Source of the DNA: Hormiphora californensis
Taxonomy: Eukaryota; Animalia; Ctenophora
NCBI GenBank assembly: GCA_020137815.1
Contig: CM035352.1
Span: 3,410,001 to 3,474,000 of the forward strand
Length of the DNA stretch: 64,000 bases
Direction of reading: 5' to 3'
Shown here: positions 54,165 through 64,000 of the stretch, piece after piece
How the letters are laid out: each line of letters begins with the position of its first letter
How positions within the stretch are numbered: the stretch's first letter is position 1
Translations under genes and position numbers: made by a program
Notes under the pieces: model-generated
The model's database searches: none
What the model was told of the DNA's origin: nothing
What the model saw: the letters and a program-made list of their open reading frames with translations, nothing else

Positions 54165-57100
54165 TCAAGATCGGGTCACAAGGGCAATTTTCCCTGTCTT
54201 GTGTTTTACATTTGACCGTCTCTTGTCACTCTTTACCGGAGATGGCGTACTACGGGCTGCGGTAGGCCGTTTCTGGTTTGCAACCCTGATCTGGTACGCA
54301 ATCGTTGAGTCCAGGTATTTAGGTTGTTGTTGGGTCATGAGTGTGGCAGGAATTCTCGTCGTCACTTCTCCCTTAGGAGCTCTCGGTTTTGCATTTCTCT
54401 CAATGGCCACCGAGTCACGTTCCAGCTTCTCCAGTTCTAGGAGTCGCTCCTCAAAGGGTGAGAGTGGTTCTTGTCGGTGAGAGAGGTAGGAAACAGGTAC
54501 GGGGAGGGGATCAGAGTAGGAAAAGGCTGAGTATTTTGTTTTGGACGACGGAGGTACTGGAATGGGTGGTTTGTATCGGGAGGGTACTGTCTTGGCAGTA
54601 GAAGGAGAGCCCTGTCCCAGAACTGTCAGCTGCCTGAAGGAAGATTTGTAAATTGAGACGAAATCAAATAATAAAGTATGTACTGGATCTTTAAAACATT
54701 TGCAGGGCGGTGCAGTGTGTGAGATAAAGTCTGTCTGGCGGCACTGCAGGCCCATTTTTTCCCTGCCCGGGTGGATGCCGAAGGCATCCACCCGGATGCC
54801 TTTTTACTTTGTAAAAAGGCATATCAGGGTTAGAATTCGAAAACGACATTTTGGTATACTAACTAATCGGTAGAGGGACATTTTTTGGTCACACTTTCGT
54901 TGCGAGGGGCAACCGTGCGGCGCGCACGATTTGAAGTTTGCGGAGTAACATGCGCGCCCACAAACTATTGAAAATTTATGAGGCGTGCGCGGCTATAAAC
55001 TGTAACACGCGGCAAAATTTGTTTTATATCGGCCGCGCGTTTTTGGGGAAAATGGAGAATTTGAAAAATATGTTTTGCGTTTTTTTCAAAAGTTCGAAAA
55101 ACACAAATCCCCATTTTGCGGACAGACAAAAGCTCAGATTTAGCCTGTTGAGATCAACCTTAGTAGCATTGAGGGGCACTAAGAGGCGTGTGGTACCATT
55201 TATGCCGAGCGAAGTTGATTTCAGAGTTGGATCCATCGCATCCTATTCTCGCTCCGCGAATAATAGGATGCCGGCCCGTTGAGAGCAAGAACTCACGTGC
55301 GCGCGATATAAAGCACGTTTTCAGCGGGGGGGATCCCATGGCATACTTTGGTATACTTTGGCACTTTCCACGACTTTTTCAGCGATTTTCCATATACCAA
55401 AGTATACCAAAGTATACCAAAGTATACCAAGGTATACCAAAGTATACCATAAAAATTTTGAAAAAGGTAAAATTTAAGCGATAAGTTAACATAAATGACT
55501 AAATTTGTAAAACTACATCCTTATTTCTTTATAAGTTGGTAATATAACGCTTATTAAACTGATTTTTACGTTTTTGTTACATCATCCGGCTAGTGCTTCT
55601 AGGCTTGCCACTCGGGTTCGATTCCCGGTGAAGGCAATTTTTGAAAAATTTTTGGAGACTTTACCAAATACTATTTGAACATTTTCTTGACTTTTTAAAA
55701 GTTTTTTTATCATACTCAAATGGGTCCCAATTTGTCAAACCCCAGTTTTCTGACTCACCATTTTATAGGTAATATTTTCCCTCGATTCTATGAATTTAGC
55801 CTATTTAGCACCATTGTCCAATTTTATGAGTCAAGAAAGTTTATATAAAATGTTTTAAAGCCTTAACTGTTGTAAATTAACACTTTAAAGTACTTTAAAG
55901 TTATTAAAAAGATATGGTATACTTTGGTATACTTTGGTACTTTCCACATATTTTTTTGGGATTTTCCATATACCAAAGTATACCAAAGTATACCAAAGTA
56001 TACCATGGGATCCCCCCCTTTTCAGCAGATCGCGCGTGATAGACCGTTTTTGGAGACCTTTTTAGCTGACCTAGCACTACTCAAAGGTCAATTATGGCCT
56101 CATTTCGCATCGTGATGAATCGGCGGGTATTTTCCCATACTCACAAGGCCATGACAATTCACCCAGTACCCGCAGATTGTCTCAGGACCGAGTAGGAGCT
56201 TGCAGCCAGGTCTTTAAAGAATTGCTCATGTTTAGCGTCAATTTTGACCCACTATTCCTCAAATGCTGATACTCGCGGGTATTTTCCGTAAAACTAGAGA
56301 CAATTAGCTGCCAGGAGCAACAAACGAGATGCAAATCGGTTCAGTAGTTCCTTGCAGCCAGGTCTTTGAAAAAGTTTGCTCTAAAATCAATAACGCGCCG
56401 GAGGCCTAGATGTGAGATCGATCTCGGTCGCTGCGCGACCTCGATCTCACTCAGGCATCAATGTGGCCAAATTTCAGAGTGACGTAATTTATTCTGTGTT
56501 TACTTTTATAAATCGCTAGGGACGTGCGTGGTGTACCAGGAGTGGTGAATTATGCAGCCATTCTTTATTGTGTGGGGGGGGCGACATGTTAATTGTTAAT
56601 AAATCACCTCTTTTTTTCGATTTTGTTAATTAACGTTAATTAACAAAATTAACAAAGTTAACAAATCAGCAAAAACTGTTCTTATTGGTTGATAATACGA
56701 CTTTAACTGGTTTAATTTTATAGTTTAATGACTTTTCTAACACATATAAACCCAAACAAGGCCTCTTCCGATAACCAAAGTCCGACATACATGTTTTTTG
56801 GCTCAAAATCGATAAAATCCAAAAGTTACAAATATTTCAATTTAGCGTATAAAATCTCACTTTAACGTGATTTTTTCATCGATAATCGATTCTTTGAACG
56901 AAAGAAAATGATGTACAACGTTTCTGTCGGAAAAAGAAACAAAATATTTCCAAAATCAATTTTTGGTCAAGAATTGAAAATTTGCTTCGCTACAAATCCT
57001 TGTGTTTTTTTAGAAAAATTGATTTTTGGGATATTTTTGTTTTATGGTAAATTCATGAGTCTCAATTAGTTTTTATGGTTTAAAAAGGTGGATTAGGGTC

Positions 57101-58297
57101 AATTGACTTCAATTGCGGTTTAGTTTGGCTAGTTTTTATTAAAATTTACACAATGGAACAAATCGCTGTAGAAAAGCCGTAGTATAGGTTAGTAGGAGTG
57201 TGCAAATCGTGCAAAAGGAACAACTTTGCTCGCAGAACAAGTGTTAAATACCAAAAACACGCGCTAAAGGTGATTTAGATGGCATAAATGGCATTTGTTA
57301 ACGTTTGTTAACTTTTTGTTAATTTTGTTAATAAATCACCTGTTTTCTCGATGTTAATATTAACAAAGTTAACAAAATTAACATGTCGCACCCCCCTATT
57401 GTGTCTCTACCCCTTTTCTCCGTGTCCTAACACAATATACCTATGGTACACCCGCACACGTGTTCCTTTTATATGGTTTTCGCTTAATGGCGAATTGAAT
57501 GGCAAATCGAAGAGGGCAGGGAAACGTAGCATTATGGATACATAATGCACATAATTCTTGTTTATTCTCAAAACTCAGATCGGTTCCGTCGACGCCATGG
57601 ACAGGGCAAAGCATGTACCTGTTGGTGATGGACAGGAAGGGAGGAGGGTGTTTTGATGACTGTTTGCTGGTTATAGTTCCTGGTGGTGGTGGCGGTATTG
57701 GCCTGAAATGAGGGATTAATAATAAACTACGTAAATTTTGGTGGAGCATAAGGGGAAACTCTAACTGAATGGCATCCCATTAATGGGATCCCATCAACAG
57801 TAAAACTCTAACTGATAATGGACCACAGTGATGGTTCTTTCTCTGTATTCTCTCTGTAGGCAGTACATCTATGTACTGCCTACAGAGAGAATACAGAGAA
57901 AGAACTATAGGGCATGCCCGGGCACGGGCACGCACACAGAGAGAATACAGAGAAAGAACCATCACTGTGGTCCATTATCAGTTAGAGTTTTACTGTTGAT
58001 GGGATCCCATTAATGGGATGCCATTCAGTTAGAGTTTCCCCTAATGGGAAAATATAAAAAATTAGATGATTTGTTATATATCACCAATATTACTCAACTT
58101 TGACAATTCGGGCGGAGCTTGTTGTTGAGTAAGTTGACAACAAGGCGGAGCACCAGCGGGGCCCAAGAATGTATAAACATGGTACATGCACCATTGACGA
58201 TTTTCAAACTGGTACTCACGATGGCGTGGTAGAGGATTGTTCCATACGTTCCAATTTGGTGAGCATTTTCTGTTGCCATCGTGATGTTATCATCGGC
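54165..58297 (-). CDS. Unknown Pro/Ser-rich host protein, last three exons (weak FAM217-like RLLELEKL motif)
   Basis: Phase-compatible exons ~58218-58297, ~57619-57703 and 54165-54634 with AG/GT boundaries. The gene is convergent with SRSF1. Confidence 0.5.
55326..56018. mobile_element. MITE with poly-G termini and 8-bp TSD TTTTCAGC
   Basis: G7ATCCCATGG...CCATGGGATC7, subterminal TATACCAAAG repeats, and an internal B-box GGTTCGATTCC (~55614). Confidence 0.85.
56574..57396. mobile_element. MITE with poly-G termini and 8-bp TSD TATTGTGT
   Basis: GGGGGGGGCGACATGTTAA...TTAACATGTCGCACCCCCC. TSD at 56566-56573 and 57397-57404. Inserted in a short GTGCGTGGTGTACCA...TGGTACACCCGCAC element (56511-57470). 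Confidence 0.87.
57752..58041. mobile_element. PIF/Harbinger-type MITE with TAA TSD
   Basis: TAA-GGGGAAACTCTAACTGA...TCAGTTAGAGTTTCCCC-TAA; almost fully palindromic with nested hairpins. Confidence 0.85.
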
Positions 58298-58307
58298 TGG
58301 GGAGAGT

Positions 58308-59097
58308 ATGAAGTAGGAGTGGGGAGTAGGAAGATTAGTTGGGGATGGGGAAAGGGTGAGGAGAGTAAGAAGTAGGAGAGGGGAGTAGGAAGATTAGTTG
58401 GAGATGGGGAAAGGGTGAGGAGAGTAGGAAGTAGGAGAGGGGAGTAGGAAGATTAGTTGGAGATGGGGAAAGGGTGAGGAGAGTAGGAAGTAGGAGAGGG
58501 AGTCGGCCCGCTTACGTTTGAGATTGGGGAAGGGTGCGGAAGCGGTCGGGAGTAGGAGCGGGGCGTCGGCCGCTTAGTTTTGCGCTGGGGCCCGGGTGCG
58601 GCGCGTCGGCCCGTCGGCGAGGGCGTCGGCCGCTTCGTTAGGCGACTGGGGGACCGGGGTGGGCGCGTCGGCCCGTCGGCGCGGGGCGTAGGCCGCTGCG
58701 TTGGCGCTGGGGCACTGGTGCGGCGCGTCCGCCGTCGGCGCGGGGCGTCCGGCCGCTTCGTTGGATCTGGGGGCACAGGGTTAGGCGCCGTCGGGAGTCA
58801 GGACGGGGCGTCGGCCGCTTAGTTGGCCGCTGGGGCCGGGCGCGGCGCGTCGGCCGTATGCGCGGGGCGTCGGCCGCTTAGTTGGCGCTGGGCAAGGGTG
58901 GGGTGCGCGTCGGCCGATCGGCGCGGGGCGTCGGCAGCTTCCGTTGGACGCTGGGGCCAGGGTGCGGCGCGTCGGCCGTAGGTCCGGGGCGTCGGCAGCT
59001 TCGTTGGCGCTGGGGAGCCCGGGTGCGGCGCGTCCCCGTCGGCGCGGGGCGTCTGCCGCTTAGTTTGGCCGCTGGGGGCCCGGGTGAGGAGAGTAAG
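58308..59097. repeat. 59-bp minisatellite in an A-form (58308-58503) and an A-to-C substituted form (58504-59082)
   Basis: Unit GGGGAGTAGGAAGATTAGTTGGAGATGGGGAAAGGGTGAGGAGAGTAGGAAGTAGGAGA versus GGGGCGTCGGCCGCTTAGTTGGCGCTGGGGCCCGGGTGCGGCGCGTCGGCCGTCGGCGC. Confidence 0.9.
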
Positions 59098-59286
59098 AAT
59101 ATTAGAAGTCAAGGAGAAGGGAGAGAGGGGATTATTAGCACAATAGGTCATAGTGGAGTAACATAGTGGAGTTGCTTTATATAGGAAGGAGGAGCTATTT
59201 GCCGGGTTTCGTTTGTCTAGTTTGCAGCCCATTCTTCTTCGCGTTCTGAGAGAAGAATCGGGTACAAGCTAGATACAGCCCAGATA

Positions 59287-59364
59287 CTGTCGAACCCCGA
59301 TTTACCAGCCCCTGATTTACCGGGCAAAATTCTCCTAACATCCCGGTAAATCGGGGTCGGACTG
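59287..59364. mobile_element. Short Tc1/mariner-type MITE related to 28398-29333
   Basis: TA-CTGTCGAACCCCGATTTACC...GGTAAATCGGGGTCGGACTG-TA. Confidence 0.7.
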
Positions 59365-59670
59365 TACTGATAAGGTAGATATTGATAAGGAAAGTAACCA
59401 TGAAATACCTGAAGTATTCCGGGGGAGAATCTTTTACTATGGGGTGCAAACATAGCTAATGAAATAACCCCTCCCTTGCCAGCGCGTGAAGGGGTTATTT
59501 CGTGACCAAATGGAAACATAGCTTACTAGCTAAAGCTTAGATTAACACTCGTTTCAAGATGACTGCAAAACTACACAACTACTCCCTCAAGAGAGGGCTC
59601 AATAATGCTCTCTAGTTGAGGCAGCTGTTACGCATTCAAGCACATGTTTTATCTCTCTCCCATCCCTCTC

Positions 59671-59742
<72 letters not shown>

Positions 59743-60007
59743 ATCTTTGAATCCATCCTTTCCCTCTCCCTTCCCCCTCCCTCTCTCAACCTCTATAATG
59801 TATGAAAAATATCAACAACGCAAAACTCTCAGCAAAAGCTTTCAAGTATTATCTCTCTCAACCTCACTCTTTACCTACTTTTCCCTCTCTATCTTTATCT
59901 ATCTCCCTCCCTTCTCCCTCTCCATCCTTCTCTATCTCCCTCCCTTCTCGCTCTCCATTTTTATCTATCTCCCTCTCACTTCTCTTGGAGTCCCCTTCTA
60001 ATAAATA

Positions 60008-61310
60008 CTGTGTGTTTTTAAATGACTGAGACTGTTCAAATCGACATAGCGTCAAAAGTTGTAAATATTTTGCTCTGAAATTTTAGGTCAAGGTAGATGG
60101 CTACCTGCCATTTATTGTACTCGAATTTCAGCAAAATCGGTCGTTCCTGAATGAACCTGTAGCCCGAAAACCTCCTTTAACTTTGAGCGGTCAGATCTCT
60201 GCAACCTGATGAGGTAGAGAGCTCAAACTTTCACAATATGTTGATTAGATAAGTTACTAACTTTTGGCTGCTTGGTTTGGCGATATCTTTTTTAGTTCCT
60301 TCGCAGGAACACGGCAAAGTGGTGTAGCTCGGCCTAATTGGGAGCATTTTTGCACTCAGGTATCACGTATCACGTGTCTTACTGGGGGTAATCAGCCCTC
60401 AGCCATGTGTTACACCGATTATGTAATTGGTGCTGAGTGTGGTAAAGTGTCGCGCTTCGTCAGCAGACGTGTTCAATGTTCATAGTGTCCGAAATCGGTC
60501 ACAAGCTGAAATCTAGACGAACTTTTCTATTTCTCTTCCTTTACATTCTGCTGTCTCTCTCTCTTTCTTGTTACAAGGTCACGTGATTAGATGTGGAACA
60601 TCTCGACATGATAACAACGTCTAGTGTCACCGATTCGCTCTCTCTATCTGCTGAGTATAACTCTCTCGTCATGACGAAGAAGATGTGACTCTCTTCCTTT
60701 CTCTCTATTTCTCTCGCTATCTCTTTCTCTCGCTATCTCTTTCTCTCTCTCCCTCTCTCTCTCTTGTCATGACGAAGCGCCACGCTCTACCACACTCAGC
60801 ACCACAGCTAGTCACGTGACCCTGTCAACGATTTCAGACACTATGATCACGTCTACTGACGAAGCGCCACACTTTGCCACACTCAGAACCAATTACAGAA
60901 TCGGTGTAACACATTGCTTGGGGCTGATTACCCCCAGTAAGACACGTGATACGTGATACCTGAGTGCAAAAATGCTCCCAATTAGGCCGACCTACACCAC
61001 TTTGCCGTGTTCCTGCGAAGGAACTAAAAAAGATATCGCCAAACCAAGCAGCCAAAAGTTAGTAACTTATCTAATCAACATATTGTGAAAGTTTGAGCTC
61101 TCTACCTCATCAGGTTGCAGAGATCTGAGCGCTCAAAGTTAGAGGAGGTTTTGGGCTACAGGTTCATTCAGGAACGACCGATTTTGCTGAAATTCGAGTA
61201 CAATAAATGGCAGGTAGCCATCTACCTTGTCCTAAAATTTCAGAGCAAAATATTCACAACTTTTGACGCTATGTCGATTTGAACAGTCTCAGTCATTTAA
61301 AAACACACAG
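60008..61310. mobile_element. Fold-back Tc1/mariner-type non-autonomous element with ~470-bp TIRs and TA TSD
   Basis: TA-CTGTGTGTTTTTAAATGACTGAG...CTCAGTCATTTAAAAACACACAG-TA; arms nearly identical. Confidence 0.88.
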
Positions 61311-61592
61311 TATAATCGCTTGGGTTTAACACTAGTCGGTGGGTGGTCTTAGCAAGGACGGACATCTTCAAGCGGAGAGAGGAGGGCTGGGGAAGATAAG
61401 ATAGAAGGAAAGGGAGTGAGAGAGAGCATAGAGTGACGAGCGAGCTCGACGAGAGAGAAGATAGAGAGAGAAATCTCTCTATCGCGATCTATCTCCTATG
61501 CTCTCTAATCGCTCGACTCACATCTCCCTCTCGCTAGCGACTCTCTCTCTGCTCTCTTCCTCCTCTCTCTTCTACTCCGTCTCTCTCTCTAT

Positions 61593-61625
<33 letters not shown>

Positions 61626-61960
61626 CTCTCTCTCTCTCCTCTCTCCTCTCTCTTCTCTCTCTCTCTCTTCAGTCTCTTCTCTCTCTCTCTCTCTCGATCC
61701 TCTCTTTCTCTCCTCTCTCTCTCTCTCCCCTCGTTCTTTCCCGGGGTTTTCGCGGTAGATATCTGTAAAACCACGACTGATAGCGATTGCAGCTGTGAAA
61801 CACGAACCACAAACTATTTAAAAGTTACATATCCGACCATCAATATATCAATATGAAGATATATATCACGGATATAGCTGATAGCATAACAAGCACGATG
61901 TATCCAGATTCTTACTCATTGAAAATCGAGATAAACAATATAAGCATGATCGCACGTACC

Positions 61961-62322
61961 CTTTTTTCAGGAAGTTGTATCTTGTCAGGTGGTGTCCCCT
62001 CATTGAGTGTCTGAAACAAAAGCTTCGTTAACCACTGCATCCACTACCAAACAACAATAATTTATTGATCTAACATCTTTATTGAATAAAGATTTTATGA
62101 TTTATATCCTACACGCAATGATCTGGGTATTGTGAAGGAAAGTGACTATGAGATGAGACCTTGGTAGGGGAGGGAGTTTTCGTTGGGTATGACTTGTGGA
62201 GGTAAAACACCTGGCCACAAAACCTGTTATAAAATGCATACATTTCAAGATATAATATGACTACAACTGACTAAAATAGGACTCTGAGAATTGCATAACA
62301 TGCGACCTTCTTGGAGAGAGAG

Positions 62323-62413
<91 letters not shown>

Positions 62414-64000
62414 GGAGACATTGCTTGTGAAGTATTAGATATGTAAACAGGAGCTTTCAATCCTTTTTGTTTTCTCATTCGCTCCATTGCACCTTGCTCC
62501 TTGAACTGCCACTGGAGTGCCGCAGCGCCGGTAACTCAGAGATGAAAATATAGAGGGAGAGAGAGGGGGAGCTTGGAGAAAGCGAGAGAGAGAGGGTACA
62601 ACGGATAGAGAAATGCATGACATGCAGGTCGGCATCACTTTAGCCATTAACTTTCTAATAATATTATTGAATAGGGAGATCTCTTAGCTTGCCATGCTGG
62701 AACTTAGCATGAATGGCCGGATGTGATACTGATAGCCACAACATACATATCCAAACACCTCTCTCTATCTCTCTCCTTTTTCTCTGTATCTATCATTTTC
62801 AATCTATCCTGATCATTTTATGTATCTCAAAAGATTGGATTGCATGGTTGGTATATTGGCAGCCCATTTTGGGTGTACACGGGATAATGGGTTATATTGG
62901 GTTATATTGGGTAGCATACTAAGGCAAATTATATATATGTAAAAAGGGATCATGCCCATTGCCCCAACACAGTGGAGAAATTAGTACAAAAGCTTATAGT
63001 CAACCCCTAGTCCTGTATTATCAAGGACTGATGGATACGCGTTCGGGGAGATAGGATAGTATAGAGTAAGGACAACCGACTAAGTTATGCTGAATTCCCA
63101 GAGAGGGTAGAGCAAGGCCCAAGGGGGGGGGAAGGAGAGAGGGTAGAGCAAGGACTATAAAGGGCGTGCGGGGAGAGGGTAGATCAAGGGGACTAATGGC
63201 GTCAGGGGAGTGAGGACTGAGGGTAGAGCAAGGACTAGGGGTGTAGAGGGGGACTGGGGAGAGAGGGTAGAGCAAGGTGACTAAGGGCGTACAGGGGAGT
63301 GAGGGTAGAGCAAGGTGACTAAGGGCGTCAGGGGAGTGAGGGTAGAGCAAGGGGACTAATGGCGTCAGGAGAGTGAGGGTAGAGCAAGGTGACTAAGGGC
63401 GTCAGGGGAGTGAGGGTAGAGCAAGGGGACTATAAGGGCGTCAGGGGAGTGAGGGTAGAGCAAGGTGACTAAGGGCGTCAGGGGAGTGAGGGTAGAGCAA
63501 GGTGACTAAGGGCTGGACTCCCACCTGTTCCATAGCGCTCTGCACTCGTTCCCTCAGACTCCCCTGCTGCTTTCCATCCTCCTCCCCCTCCTCAGGAACA
63601 GGAGCCACTGTTGGTGGAGCGGTGGCAGGTCGGGGAGCTGATGGACCATTGATAATGGACCACCGAGCAGTAAGGGTACTGACAAACCGACTGGAGGTCA
63701 AATTGTCAAACTGGTAAACTGAAAAGAGACAAGAACTTTTCGTAACTAATGTAAGAAATATAATAGAGAGAAGCATAGCGAGTAGGGTAAACTAAACACT
63801 AATGGTATCAAGAGATATATTACATTGGACGAGAGGGGATGAAGCAGGGGTTGAACAGTAGAAACATCTCTTTTTCGCCCAGTTGTGAGACCCCTTCTTT
63901 GTTTCCGGGGTCGGGTATTGTAGGTGAAGAATGGAGAGATTCTTTGCTGATTTTGGACGGTATACAGGCTGAACGGGTGGCCGGTTAGGTCGTGGAACCC
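61961..64000 (-). CDS. Exons of an unknown host gene extending beyond the window
   Basis: AG/GT-bounded open segments at ~63525-63720 ([20 protein letters not shown]...SAMEQ) and ~61961-62010 ([17 protein letters not shown]); probably another at 63826-64000. Confidence 0.4.
63100..63512. repeat. ~37-bp minisatellite (GAGGGTAGAGCAAGGTGACTAAGGGCGTCAGGGGAGT)
   Basis: Direct reading. Confidence 0.9.

Noticed and set aside
58453-59232. GC-rich Pro/Arg ORFs suggesting a CpG island or foreign DNA
   Set aside because: They are the A-to-C substituted form of the adjacent minisatellite.
63441-63776. Apparent signal-peptide protein [11 protein letters not shown]...
   Set aside because: The hydrophobic start lies upstream of a strong TTTTCAG acceptor and the end runs into a minisatellite; it is an internal exon.

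Overview
Repeat-rich, intron-containing animal genomic DNA with one 100-N gap (12785-12884) and many single-base indels typical of imperfectly polished long reads. The host is probably a ctenophore such as Pleurobrachia; this is an inference from the intronless LDLa-GPCR type and a 109-bp CAGGAACCGA MITE I associate with that genome, not a database result. The main finding is a 4.2-kb intronless, tightly packed endogenous Maverick/Polinton (adintovirus-like) segment at 2454-6673. It encodes a major capsid protein, a protease-activated amphipathic protein, a penton, two orphan ORFs and a type-I membrane glycoprotein ending in a PDZ-ligand motif, and it is clipped on both sides by inward-facing L2 LINE tails. 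Host genes: a frameshifted intronless LDLa-repeat GPCR, a small GPI-anchor-type protein, a RUN-domain gene head-to-head with a ~17-exon FAM120 homolog (which has an antisense monoglyceride-lipase-like gene nested in one intron), SRSF1, and partial unknown genes. Mobile DNA: an intact L2 LINE whose ORF2 lacks an AUG and overlaps ORF1 at an A_AAA_AAC slippery site, an intact ORF1-only retroelement inside an SRSF1 intron, a Penelope remnant with a minimal hammerhead ribozyme, an 11.5-kb fold-back palindrome with a 5.7-kb insertion in one arm, and several MITE families with readable TSDs.
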